Below are positions 37,401 through 50,245 of a stretch of DNA of 64,000 nt, piece by piece. The translations under genes were made by a program, and so were the position numbers. A model generated the notes under the pieces. The model was not told the DNA's origin. It saw nothing but the letters and a program-made list of their open reading frames with translations, and searched no databases. This DNA comes from Entomortierella parvispora E1425 (lineage: Eukaryota; Fungi; Mortierellomycota), in contig BQFW01000010.1 in NCBI GenBank assembly GCA_020891255.1, forward strand, positions 682,001 through 746,000. The letters are read 5' to 3'. Each line of letters opens with the position of its first letter. Within the stretch, counting starts at the first letter, position 1.

Positions 37401-40400
37401 ATACGTTGTCAGATCGTAAATTTTCCCATCGATCTGGGCCCACATGTTGCTTCCAGATTGATTTTGGAAGACATCCACTTCGATCGCGACGATACCCTTC
37501 TTCATCGTATTGAGTTTCGGAAGGATTGTGTCTGCATAATAGGTGGAATCGCTGTACCATGGCAGATTCTTGTCAGTGTTACGAGGCGAAGGACCATGCG
37601 TAGGCATGTACATCTGCTGGTATGGAGCCTCGGGGATCATCAGAACAGGTGTCGTCACCAGGGCAGGGCACGCCCACCTCAGATCCACAGGGAACTGAGA
37701 GGTGAGATCCTGTCCTGCAGTATACGCCATGTACGAAGGAGAAGAGGGGTAGGTACCAGAGTTGGATCCCGAGTGATCGGTCTTTGCGAATTTAGTGATG
37801 TCGTAGACGTTTCCATAGACCGAGACCCAGAAATCTGTCGGGTCTTGATGATAGGACACCTCCGTGGGATTATACATCAGGTCAAAATCCGGGCACATTA
37901 CTTTGGGCAGTCCAATGATGAAAAAGATCACCATCGCAGACAGCCAAAAGACAATGAGGCAGAGCGTGACCTTTTCACGCCATGCCATTTGAACATCAGG
38001 TCGTTTCATCCGTCCACAGAAGCTAAGGAACACGGATGGAATCCAGAAAGTGTTCATCCAAACAAAAGCAACCCAGGCTCGGCGGGTTTTCGTCTTTGCT
38101 TTTGGAGGCTGAACGGATTCATCAGCCTTTGTCCTGTTCAATGCTAGAGTAGGCTTTCGCTTTAGGTCCCCATCTGTCCTGTCGTAGCCTCTGAACATCA
38201 TTTGACTGCTATTAAACAGAATTGAACGTGTAAGCAAAGTATGAACAAAGAATATATGCAATTTCATAACCATTTGATCCTTATGACGTCTGATCGTTAA
38301 ATCACACTGCGTTACCTCTCATTGTCCAAGCCAGGTGTGTCAATGGTCTTGTTGTCGGACACAGGCGAGTCAGAATCACGACCGTAGGCTTGATACCCAG
38401 GATTGTACGTAGGGTTGTATCCTACAAAGCCGGATTCAGCTGTGTTGGGGTAAGCATGCGAAGCCCGGGAAGCGTCTGACTTGTCCGACGCATCAGATTC
38501 TGCTCGAGGTCGGTATGCGGTCAAGAGCTGTGTGCTCACGTTGGAATCATCACCGGTCATTGGTGCTTTGTATGCCATGGACTCGTTGACTGGGGGTGTC
38601 ACAAAGCTGCTGAACTGACGCTGCTCCTCCGGATCTGCCTCAAAACCAACCGAGCCCCCCTCAGTTTTCTCAATTGAAATGCACTCATCCTCCAGTATAC
38701 TCCACGCCGAGAAAGATATCCAGACGTAGCTGTGCCCGATCGAACCATCCTTTGGCATGTTCCAATGCAATAGAGTTGCCAAAGCTTTGCACTGCTCTGC
38801 ATCTGGAGCGGTTTTGTCATAAGACAGACCGCGCCGTTCGAAGAGTACCTTGTATCGTTGTAAGAAAGAGGCATGGTCGAATGATACGCAGTAGTCGGCC
38901 TTGACTTTGGACTGGACAAGGGTACTCAGCCTGAAGGATTCGATCTGGGACCGAACAAAGACAGGGTCACACTCAATCAATCCCTCAGACATGCGATTGT
39001 TGGGTCGAATATGCACCACTTGATAAAGTTGAGTCCCATCGAGCGAAGTGCAAATGTCCCGCAAAGTTGAGTGAAGCTGCTTGATCACTGTCGAAACTGC
39101 ATTGTTGGATCGTCCCTTCCTTCGAGCTTGAACCTGGGTCAGCTTGCTCTTTCTAACACTAGGCTGCCGAAGAGGCATGGTAGAAAGCTGGGCCTTGACG
39201 ATTGTCTCCTTGGAACGTGGGTGACTCTCCATGACCAATGATGGATTGGATTCCAGCATCTGAAGCATAAAAGGATTGTGCGAGGTCTGGAAGAGCGAGA
39301 TGAAATCTGGCGAAAGCATGTCCTGGTTCCTGATAAAGAAGCTGGCCAGGTTGTATTGCACATCGCCTCCATAATGTTTGATTCCAAAAGAAGATGCATA
39401 GGCTGATCCACTGATGTAGGAGCTGTTGGACTGGAAGGCGCGGTTCATTCCAGGCAACATTGAGCTGGATTCGGCATCACTGGACTCTTTACTGGCCTTG
39501 AGTGTCGCTTCGTGCAGGAACTTCACCAAGCCGCGAGGTGAAGCATCGGTAAGAGTATCCATTCCACATAAGAGGTCCATGCTGGCTTGACTGCGCTCGT
39601 CAAGTTTTGGCTCTGTGACCAGAAGACCATCACCGGACATGGCCTGTGGGTCTTCGACAAAGGTTTTTTGCTGCAAGAACCCTTGGAGTGCCTCATTGCA
39701 AAAGTTGGTGCAAAAGTTTTCAAATCCTGTGGGTGAGTGAGTATCAAATCCAGGCATATCCAATATACCGATAAAGGAAACCTGATCCTCCTGTCTTCTG
39801 CACATTTGTTTGTTCATGGCCTCAACCAAGAACGTGAAGACAAGACTGTACAGTCCTCGAGCTAGACTGTCACATTGTTTCTTAGCAGCCTCAGAGTCCA
39901 GAATCACTGTGCACATGTCACCAGCAATCATCTTGCGCTTGTAAGAGAGTGCTTGCTGCAAAGCATCTATTTCGGTCCACAAATGCCACTGGTTAAATAA
40001 ATGCAACATATGCTCCTTTTTTGATGACCCATCACGCTGTTCGTACCTTCTTCGACTCCTAATAAATCTGCGACATGTTCAAAGATGTGTCGCTGTCGCG
40101 GAACAGTTGCCATGACGGTGGGATCCAAAGTCGAGTCCACAAAGTCGATCCTGCCCAAGTGAAGTATCGCAGCCAAGAGTTGCCATATTTGAGAAATCGC
40201 TTTTGGTTTGAATCCCATGGCGGCAAAGGCAGGTGTCAAATTGCCGGTGGCATTTGCTTGGTCCTTGTGAGGGTGATAAGGAAGATAGCGGAACTCGGAG
40301 ATATTATTGCCTAGTCGAAGTCGCTTTCGGTCCTCGCCAGATGCATCCCGGAACATTGCATAAAACACTTGGTAGGACCCAAGGTGGCTAGGCGCATCCG

Positions 40401-41251
40401 TGACAAGGTCCTGACTAAGCATGAAGGGCAAGAGCTTGGCTCCAAAGAGTCGGCCCTTGGCCTTGTATTGTAGCTCGAGGTAGAGAGAATGCCGGGAAGC
40501 ATTTGGTCCGTGCTCAGACAAGCAATTGCCAAAGGCCTCCAGGATATCGCGCGAAGCTCTGATCTGGGCTGCGATCTTTGATTCTTGGTTGGCCTTTGTA
40601 CCGAGACGGATCAGCTGTTGGACAAGATGCCGCTGCGAGGTGGTTTTTCCTGAACCGGCAACACCGCTTTTTCAGAAAGGGGAACAAGGGGGAGAAGATG
40701 GAAAGAGATGGACAGGGGCAGGGGTTAATTTCAGCGAGGAGTGCTGGAGCCTTGCACAGTAGAGAAGCTATCTGCGGGAATTCGATCAGGATGACCGCTG
40801 CAGAAAGAAAAAGGCTGAAACGATTGAAACGAAACAAATAACTGGCGCCTTACCTTAAAACTACACCCTGATCCAGCTCTGTTCGCTTCATATGAAAGTG
40901 CATGGTGGTGGCAAGCTCGAAGATATGGGGTTCCAACGACGACGTGGCTGCTGCTGTTGCCCCAGGCCTCTGTGATGATGGCGTCTGTGCCTGTTGCTGC
41001 TGTTGTTGTTGTGTGAGCGCGAGATCGACATAGAGCTGGCCGTTGGCCTCCGTGTAGATATTCAAGGCGTGGTTAGGATTGACGGCGATCAAGGTCGAGG
41101 TACCCACGCGGGTGTAAGGGAGGCCGAGATGGTGTCGACGTGTCAGGGCCGAGAAGAGGGCGTCTTGGCTCAAGGACTCGCTGTCCTGGACACTCTCGGA
41201 CGAAGAGGACCCTTCCCTGGCCAGTGCGAGTAGATCTTGTGGAGGCAACAT
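34484..41251 (-). CDS. Myosin-motor-domain chitin synthase (class V/VII, CsmA-like), multi-exon
   Basis: Myosin head: PYTRVG..LIAVNP, P-loop [23 protein letters not shown]. Cyt-b5-like region. Chitin synthase core: [49 protein letters not shown]-terminal DEK_C-like [16 protein letters not shown]. Confidence 0.95.
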
Positions 41252-41916
41252 GTTGAGAGCTGATCAGGTGGACAATGCGACAAGGCGGCAGAAGGAGAGG
41301 CGGAAGGAAATGCAATCCAATAAGCAAGAGAGATGGGATCGGTGATGCAAAGAATGGAGGAATGTGAAGGACAAAGGGTGCCACCAAGAGATTCAGTGTC
41401 TGGTACAGTCTCCAGCGCTGGTGGATATGGGAAGAACAAGGAGAAGGCTCGACTCGAAGAGCGACAGGACTGAGGACGGAGGAGGGTGCTGCAGTCAGGC
41501 GCTGGCAATCGAGACCAGAGACGGAGGGAGGGACAGAGAGGGAGAGAGGGAGGGAGGGAGGAACAGACGAGGAGAGAAGAGGAAGAGAAGGAGTGAAAGA
41601 AACAGAAACAGGACCATGGCCATTATTGCCATGCTTCCACCCCAGAGGTAAACAACAACAACAATAAGATGCAGGCAAAGCAATAATAACATGGCCAACA
41701 ATAATGTTATAAAAATAGGGCGTCATGTTCGGTGTCACTCGACATCCTTCTTTGTCGTCGCTCTGTCCACCCACTCCGCACCAGAAATAGAACTTCTTCT
41801 TCGGTGCGATTTATTGTGTTTTTCCTTCGCGCCCTCCCTTGAAGGGCCAGGCCTTGTATGTACTCCCTGCCCTCGTACAGCATACGGTACCGTACATCAT
41901 GGCCCGCATCCCATCT

Positions 41917-43338
41917 TCACTCTCTGCCAGCGACGCCAACAATCCGCTCGGCCTCCGCCCTCATCTGAGCTGCTGCCTCCTCAACACTTATCCGCCCCAT
42001 CATCGCATCCTGGATCATTGGAAACAGTCCGTCTTCCAGCTCTGGGTAGACCTTCAAATGTGGAAACATGGCCATATCCGACTCGACTGTTGCACACAAG
42101 CACTTCAATCGCTCCGCGTCCAATTGCCTCCAAGCAGCTTCACCCTCGACCTCTTTAGCTTGGACCGGCGTGGTTGTGTCCAACAACCTCTGAAGCACCG
42201 CCTTTTTAGTTGGGAAACTGCCGGAACTTGAAGCTTCTAACCATTGCTGGTCGTCTCGGATCAAGAACTTCAGAAGCATCAATGCAGCCTCAGGATGGCG
42301 ACAGCTCTTGGGGATCGCAAAAGAATGCATACCCGAGTATGCAGATCGCTTGCTGTTCCTGCCACATGGGTATCGCATCACACCGATCTTTGGCGGGCCT
42401 GTCTTGGAAGACGAAGAGGAAAGAAGCTTTCGTTTCATCTCACCATAGTACGATGGCCAGTCTGCCACCATGCCACATTTGCCCTCTGCAAACAGATTCG
42501 AAACCTCGTCAAAGTAAAAGGATTCGATTCCTTCTGGCACGGCACTTGTTTCCACGAGCCCTTTCAAGTACTCGAGAACTCGAATGACAACTCCTTCGTC
42601 AAAGATTGGACGATCGTCTTCACCAAATAAAGCCTCCCCTGATTCCATTTCCATCATGGCCAGCTCGTAAAAAGTTCCAAAGAGCCCCGAAAGTTTTCCT
42701 GGAAATACGTATCCCTCAAGTATTTCCTGGGTAACCCCGGTACCAGCGTCAGGTGGGACCAATATGGAGGCCTTTCGAATATGACTCGCTGCCACCGCCA
42801 AGTCCTGCCATGTCTCTGGGGCTTTTAGTCCAAGAGTTTCAAAGACATCGATCCGATAGAATAGCACTCTAGTGTCGACCATCCGAGGTAGTTGGAGTAG
42901 ACGGCCATGCACTTTGGAGGCCTCCAGTGCTGAAGGTAAAAACGTGTCTTGGTCTTCAACAGAAATTTGATCCGATCCCAACTCTTGGAGAAAATGCGCC
43001 TGGGACGGCGCGTATTTGATGTGAGTCGAACACAGATCAAGATCAGGAACCGCCGTTTGAGAACCTTTATCATAGTCTTTAAAAGTCTTTGACAGGTAAT
43101 CATTTAGAGCCGGGTGTGGGCCTTGAAAGATGATCTCGACCTTGTGACCAGTCTCTTGCTCAAAGAAAGGGAGTCTCTCGTAGAGCCGATCGTACTGCGG
43201 TCCGCCTAAAGCATAAGCGCGACAGTTAATCAGTAGGCGGAATGTGGCAGCATTCACTCTTGTCTCATGCACATGCTTACCAACTACTGCAATCTTGAGT
43301 GTACATGGTGCACTAGATGGTGGCATTACAGTCGACAT
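41917..43338 (-). CDS. Bacterial-type sugar ABC transporter substrate-binding protein (solute-binding family 1-like), with predicted intron 43280-43206
   Basis: FEQETGHKVEI, PDLDL, FLPSALEASKVHGRLLQLPRMVDTRVLFYRIDVFETLGLKAPETWQDL, FAEGKCGMVADWPSY, FAIPKSCRHPEAALMLLKFL, AMMGRISVEEAAAQM are typical SBP family 1 motifs. GTAAGC...TTTAG (75 nt, in frame) splices to LKIAVVGGPQYDRLYE. Confidence 0.88.
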   Translation of the reverse strand: MSTVMPPSSAPCTLKIAVVGKHVHETRVNAATFRLLINCRAYALGGPQYDRLYERLPFFEQETGHKVEIIFQGPHPALNDYLSKTFKDYDKGSQTAVPDLDLCSTHIKYAPSQAHFLQELGSDQISVEDQDTFLPSALEASKVHGRLLQLPRMVDTRVLFYRIDVFETLGLKAPETWQDLAVAASHIRKASILVPPDAGTGVTQEILEGYVFPGKLSGLFGTFYELAMMEMESGEALFGEDDRPIFDEGVVIRVLEYLKGLVETSAVPEGIESFYFDEVSNLFAEGKCGMVADWPSYYGEMKRKLLSSSSSKTGPPKIGVMRYPCGRNSKRSAYSGMHSFAIPKSCRHPEAALMLLKFLIRDDQQWLEASSSGSFPTKKAVLQRLLDTTTPVQAKEVEGEAAWRQLDAERLKCLCATVESDMAMFPHLKVYPELEDGLFPMIQDAMMGRISVEEAAAQMRAEAERIVGVAGRE

Positions 43339-44561
43339 GACTTTTTGGTGTCTCTGCATCGGAGGAAGACGATCATGCCCATGGCAGGCTAACATCCCCT
43401 GAATGCCACAATCCGCATTGGTGCCCCTTAATGGATACAGAGCTTTAGGCTCTTTTGCTGGCCAGAGAAAGCAGTGAGTGTCTGTACAATGGCGAAGGCT
43501 TTATATGCTGTGAGGGCCATTGGGCTTGACCTATGGTAAGATGAATCGGCACAATACGTAAATGCGGGCATTTGGCACCCCGGTAAGTGGTTCCGGCACA
43601 AGAAAGACTCATAGAACGTAGGGGTTTCGTCTCCAACCCTCCATTGCGTCGAGAATTGGTGTGAACAATGTTGTTTTTGCAGGTCCGCCTTGCCAATCCT
43701 TTCTCGCCGTGCGGGGTGCAATGGTTTGACTGCTGGAGTCAACCCTATTCGCCCGCTGCCTCAGACACTCTGATGTCCAGTCGACATGTAGCGTATGTAG
43801 CATGCAAGCGCCTCCTCTCCCCCTGGACTACCGGGGAGAGCCCGAAAGATCTCCCAGGTGTCTCTCTCTCCTCCCTGCATGCAGCATCGCCACAATCGCA
43901 CTGCAGCATCAAATGTCTTGGTTGCACACGACCAGACAAGGAAGCATCCAGGAACCACCCTGCAGTGGTAAGAGAAAGAAAATGCGAGTGAAAGAAACGG
44001 CGGTCTCCATTGATGAAGGTTATTACACTGGAACATTGCAGTGTACTTTGTCGGTCAGCGGCATATCCGAAGAGGGTATGAGGCTGTCCGTTTTTCCCTG
44101 CCTTCTCTTATTCTTAATCGTCCAGGCGCATCCGCGACGACGTCTGTCGCTGTCAGGGGATAGGCGAGGGAGGGAGAGATGGACAGATGGAGGAGAGAGC
44201 GAACACACGCGCCTTTGCTCTCTTGCAGACCAACCAGCGGACAGACGGACAGATGTCCGAAGGTTTTTTAGCTTGTGTTCCCTTTCCTATTGTTCTTCCT
44301 TTTCTTCCATTCTTCTCTTTCCTTTGTTTTCCTCTTCTCTTCTTCTTTCCTGTCTTCCCTCTTCTCTCCTCCTCCCTCTCATCCCCCTCTTCCTCGCTTG
44401 CTTGGTTGGTCTCTGTACCCTCAGGACTGAAACCTGCATTCCTGATCTCATCTCCTTTGCATTTGCAAAAGAGAATCGTTCATCTCTCAGCTCCTTTCCT
44501 TGTCCCACACTGAACGGACTGCAGATCGGCTGGCTCCCTCTCTCTCTCGCTCTCTCCTGTC

Positions 44562-47500
44562 ATGGCCTTCCCATCCTTTCTCAGGTAGCGGATCAGATCT
44601 CTGGATCTAGTGGCCACACAATAACCTCACACTGACTTACCACCTTCTCCCCTCTGACAGCACCGCAGAAGATGTCCTTCCTGCCCTCTACTCTTTGGCC
44701 TCGGCGTTGATCATTATGTACCTGGCCAGAAAGCCAGTGCAGCTGAAAGAAACCAGCTCTTTAATTGACAACTATGCCGATGATCAAGGCGAAATTGACC
44801 AGCATTTTGAAGGCGAGCCTGTTGCCGAAAGCTCGGTGGCAATAGAGCAAGTGCAAGCCCAATATCAGGCACAGCGCTCAAACAGCATGTCTATCAACCT
44901 TGCCCGCTTCGGACTGACTGCTGCTCAACTTGCGCTCGCTCTCTTCCTCGTTGTCATTTCACGCGCTGACTCCAATGGCACCGAGACAGATGAAGATTCG
45001 AGTTTGAACCCACACACAGCGGTTGAGAAGGCAGTCCAGATTGCTGGATGGTCGTATGCGCTGATCCTCTCCCTTGTTCACATTACCAGACCCCGGGTTG
45101 CTTTCAATTTTAGTCTGCGACCTATGATGGATTTGTTTTACGTTCTCGAGTTTAGCCTCATGTCCTTGCGCCTCTATGAGAATGAGTTGGTCTATCTGCC
45201 CTCTAACTTCTGGCCCTTGTGGCTCGAGTTGGATATGCTTGCCTGGGCTGACTGTGCTTTGTTGCTCTGGGTCTCTTTGGTGACTCGTCCTTATCAGATT
45301 CCGACTCCCGTGAAAAAGCCAAAGGGGGATGAGGTCTGCCGTCTTCCTTCTCCCGAGTATTCATCGTCCCTTTACTCCCAATTGACCTTTTCATGGGTCA
45401 ATCCTTTGGTGTACTTGGGCTACCGACGACCTTTGCAAGACATCGATCTTGCTGACATTGAGCAGCACGATTACTCTGTTGTCTCTATCCGTCGCTACAA
45501 CCTTGTCAAGTAAGTCTTGTGCCCTAGCGCAACTTCGAATTTTTTTTTTGTTCGTTGGGTGGTTGGGCGGTTTATTGGTTTGTTGTCGCCTTTGTCTCTT
45601 GGGCGCGTGATGGACATACGTCTCTGTGTTCAGCTGTTGAGGTTTGTCTGGGCACAGGCGATCGGCGATCGGATGCTGGACGTGGCGATTCCTGGGAAAA
45701 GATCGTGTTCACCAGTGGTGGCACAAGTGCTCTTTGCGATAATCGCTCACATAATCCAAATGGCCGGAGGATCCTTTCTTAATTTGGTCCTGATGCGGAA
45801 ATCGAGCCGCGAAGGTTAACGTGCTAACAATCCGCACTATGCTGTCTCCTTTAGGCAAAGTTCGCTCTTCTGGTCTTTGATGAAGGTCCTCAAGTGGGAA
45901 TTCTTTGCACAGTTTCTGTGGGCTCTTCCTTGGTGCATCCTCATCAACGTCTCGCCCTACTGCTTGAATAAGATCATCCAGTATGTTGAGTGTGAACAGT
46001 GTGGCCCACCCACCATCGTGCAATACCTGTACGTCTTTGGTCTTTTGGTTTCCTCCTTGCTCGAGTCTCTCTGCAACCAGAATGCCCTCCACATCGGTCG
46101 CCGCATCTTTGTCCATACTTTCTCCATCCTCAATGTCGAGATCTTTGAAAAGGCCCTGAGGCGCAAGGACATGGCCTCGCCAGCCGACAAGTCTGAGGAG
46201 GAAAAGGCCAACGACAAGAAGAAGGATGGAACTCTCAATATTGCCAGTGAGTAGACAATTGCTACCTTAACGCTCACAGATGGCGCCATTGATCCTATTC
46301 GGTCACTAACTATAACGTGACATTTCCGTTTCTCTCACTTTCTCTTTGTAGACTTGATTGCTGTTGATGTCAAGAAGCTGGAAATCCCCTTCAGCTACGT
46401 TTTCTATCTGTATGGGTTTCCTATCCAGTTCATCCTGGCTGGTGTTCAGCTGTACTGGCTCCTTGGTAACGCCTCTTTGATTGGAATTGTCTGTATGTTT
46501 GTCACGTACCCAATTCCAGCCAAACTGTATGCCATGATCATGAAACTCTTCAAAGACATTATGAGCACCAAAGATGATCGCATGGATGCCCTTAACGAGA
46601 TGCTTTCTGCCATCCGTATCGTAAAGTTCTTTGGATGGGAATCAAAGTTTGAGGAAAAGATCACAGCCGCCCGTGAGAAGGAACTGCAGCGTACCAAGGA
46701 GTCGTATGTCAAGATGATCTTTACCGATGTCGTTTGGATGATCGTTCCTCTCCTAAATGTGGTCATTATCCTGACAGTCTATACCAAGGTCTTTGGAAAC
46801 GAAATCTCGGCCTCAAAGATGTTCACTACCCTAGCGCTGTTCAATATCATGCGTCAATCCCTCAACACACTTCCCTGGCAAATCAAGAACACGATGCAGG
46901 CTGCAGTCAGTTTGAAGCGTATGAATAAGTTCCTGTTGGAGGAGGACCTCGTTAGAGACACCACCGTGACCATGATGGGGTCCAAGACCAGCATCACTGT
47001 CTCATCCACACCTACCATCGGCTTTGTTAATGCGTCCTATATATGGCCCAACAAGGAGCACAACAAGGGTGAAACCCCCACCAAATCACCAACAAAGCTG
47101 TCCTGGGCTGAAAAGGTGAAAGCCAAGTTCACAAAGGCACCTACCATTGTAATTGAGGAGCCAGTGGCAGAGGTCGTGGCCCCCCAGGAACGCTTCAAGC
47201 TCAAGAACCTCTCTATCGACTTCCCAGTAGGAAAACTCTCTGTCATCGTTGGACCTACTGGATCAGGAAAATCCGCCCTGCTGTTGGCTCTTCTAGGAGA
47301 ACTGGAACGTTTGGAGGGAAACATGTATTTGCCTCGTTTGGACTATGGCAGATCAACCCACAGTGAGCAGGGCTCGGGACTTGCTTATGTTGCTCAGACC
47401 GCCTGGCTGCAGAATACAACCATTCGCAACAACATTCTCTTCGGACGCGAGTTCGACCAAGAACGATATGATGCTGTTGTCGAGGGATGTGCTCTTGTTA

Positions 47501-50126
47501 CCGATTTTGAAATTCTGGAATCTGGCGATATGACAGAGGTCGGCGAGCAGGGTATCACTCTGTCCGGTGGCCAGAAGCAGCGTCTTTCTCTTGCTCGTGC
47601 TATCTACTCCAATGCCCGAGTGTTGTTGTTGGATGACTGTCTCTCTGCTGTCGACACCCATACTGGCAAACATTTGTTCCAGACCCTGACAGGACCATTG
47701 ATAGAAGGCAGAACCGTCTTGATGGTGACTCACCAAGTTCAGTTGACCATGAAGGCTGCCAGTTTAGTTGTTGTGTTGAACAAGGGTGAAATTCTCGGTC
47801 AAGGAACCCCTGAGGAAGTAGTCCGCAACGACTGGGTGGATTATGTCAGTTTGGTCGATGCTGTTGATGGCGACTCAAGCGAGGTCAGCACCCTACACAA
47901 TGAGGACAATGAGGAGGAGAGCGGCCCCGAACCCAAGAAGGATAGGAAGGAAAAGGTCAGCGTTAAATTGACAGAAGACGAGAAGAAAGCCGAAGGTGCC
48001 GTCAAGTGGCATGTATACAAGACCTACCTCATTGCGTCTGGTGGATGGCCTTTCTGGATTGGGCTTGTCATCTTGTTTTTGACTCGTGAGGTCGTTGACG
48101 TTGCCCAAAATGCCTGGTTGGCTGTTTGGGCCAACAAAATGGCATTGGCCACTGGCTCTGTCGCCATCAAGTCATTCGATTACCTCATGCCCGCACCCGT
48201 TGCCCAGTCTTTGTACTCTTCTTTCACCCCTTCTGGAAACCATACTTTTGGTACCATGACCATGCATGTATTTGGCAAGGGCGAGCCCGAAACAGTTGAT
48301 GTCGACTTTTATCTTGGAATCTACATCTTGCTCAGCATCTCGACTCTTGTCTTTGCCGCTTTAACAAACTACTATACTATCTTTGGAGGACTCGCCGCCT
48401 CTCGATCTCTCCATCAACAGTTGTTGCGCAAGGTATCGCGTGCTAAAGTCCGCTTCTTCGACACTACACCTATCGGTGAGTACAAAGTTCTCTTTTCTTA
48501 TTTCTCATTTAGATTGTCCTCAAGGCATGAATGGAGCAACCCTCGCTGACAACTTTATCTCTCCTCTATAATATAGGCCGAATTGTCAACCGTTTCAGTT
48601 CTGATATCTCGACCATTGATGATGATGTCAGCAACGGACTTCAGGGAATGTTTGGGTCCTTCGTCACTGTCCTGGGTATTGTTGTGATCATCTCGGCCAA
48701 TATGCCAATGTTCATGATCCCCGCTGTATTTATCGTCGCAATCTATGGAGCCATCGGAGCTCTCTACGTTCCTGTTTCCCGCGACCTGAAGCGATTGAAT
48801 TCCAACTCGCGCTCCCCGATTTTGAATCACTTCAATGAGGCCCTCAATGGTCTCGCTACGATCCGTGCGTATGGATTTGAGCGACGATTCCTTTACAAGA
48901 ACCTCACGAACCAGGACAACAACAACCGGACCTTCTTTTTGCTTTGGTCCACCAATCGCTGGTTGCATTGGCGCGTCGATATTGCTGGAGCTTTGGTTGC
49001 CTTCGTTACTGGTATCTTGATTCTCCAAAACTATGGCCGGATCGAGCCTGGTTGGGCAGCGCTCAGCTTGACCTATTCTCTCATGTTTACAGGCACGATC
49101 GTATGGTTGATTCGCATCTATGCTCAGAACGAGATGAATCTGAACTCTGTCGAGCGAGTTGCCGAATACATGAATCTGGAGGAAGAGCCTGCCGCCATCA
49201 TTGAAGGCTCTCGTCCTCCTGCATCCTGGCCCTATGCAGGAGAGATTGTCGTAAAGAATTTGACAATGAAGTACGCCCCAGACGCCCCCTCGGTTATCAA
49301 GAATGTATCGTTCAAGATCAAGGCCGGAGAAAAGGTTGGAGTTGTAGGTCGCACAGGATCTGGAAAGTCAACTTTTGCAATCAGTTTGTTCCGCTTCATG
49401 GACCCCGTTGGTGGAACTATCACTATTGACGGCATCGATATTTGCAAAATTGGACTTCAGGACCTTCGATCCAACTTGACTATCATCCCTCAAGATCCCA
49501 TTTTGTTCAAGGGTTCACTTCGTTCCAACTTGGATCCTTTTGGAGAGCGGGAGGACAGGGAGCTCTGGGAAGCTCTTCGCCGGAGTCACCTGATCCCTGA
49601 CGCAAGATACTCCTCCAGGTTATCGACTCGCCGCAACAGTCTCGAACTCACCTCCGCCGCCCCCTCGTCTAACGATGCTGTCGAAGTGGAGGAGACTCTG
49701 GATCCTGCAAAGATCACTCTTGATACCCCCGTCAAAGAGAACGGCTCCAATTTCTCGCAGGGTCAGCGCCAATTGATTGCATTGGCCCGTGCTCTCGTCC
49801 GGCAATCCAAGATCATTGTCATGGATGAAGCAACAGCCAGTGTTGACTTTGAGACTGACCTCAAAATCCAGGGCACGATCCGGGAAGAGATGTCTAACTC
49901 AACCATCCTGACCATTGCACATCGTATCCGCACGATTGCGGATTTTGATCGTGTTCTTGTGATGAATGCCGGTGAGGTGGCCGAGTTCGACACCCCTTTG
50001 ACATTGATGCGGAGAGAAGACAGCTTGTTCCGTTCCATGTGTGAACGGTCCTCTGAGTTCGATGCTCTTTTAGCCATTGCGGAGGAAAAGGAGCGACGCG
50101 ATGCCGAACAACGGTTACAAAAATAA
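44562..50126 (+). CDS. ABCC/MRP-type full-length ABC transporter (Ycf1/Bpt1/Ybt1-like), multi-exon
   Basis: Exon 1 44562-44584 (MAFPSFL) splices to 44661. SSLYSQLTFSWVNPLV; NBD1 GPTGSGKS / LSGGQKQR / LLLDD; FFDTTPIG|RIVNRFSSD; NBD2 GRTGSGKS / FSQGQRQL / IIVMDEAT. Confidence 0.95.
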
Positions 50127-50245
50127 GAACGCAGATGAAGACTGATTGTATAGACAAGGGACGTAGCAGGTGTTAAATAAAATTGAGAATATTTATGGTA
50201 TAGAAGTAGCTGGGTATATGTTCTCAGGTTTTTTTTTTTAGCTAT

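Noticed and set aside
39600-40700. Non-canonical myosin switch motifs (NASRH, DMPGFD)
   Set aside because: Divergent switch I/II motifs are expected in chitin-synthase (class XVII) myosin heads, so this is not novel.
41073-41774. 233-aa - strand ORF and neighbouring short ORFs
   Set aside because: Low-complexity purine/pyrimidine tract upstream of the chitin synthase ATG, overlapping it out of frame; no domain.
43802-44635. 277-aa + strand ORF upstream of the ABCC gene
   Set aside because: It translates a CT-rich promoter/5' UTR into Leu/Ser/Phe runs. The ABCC gene has a clean first exon at 44562-44584.
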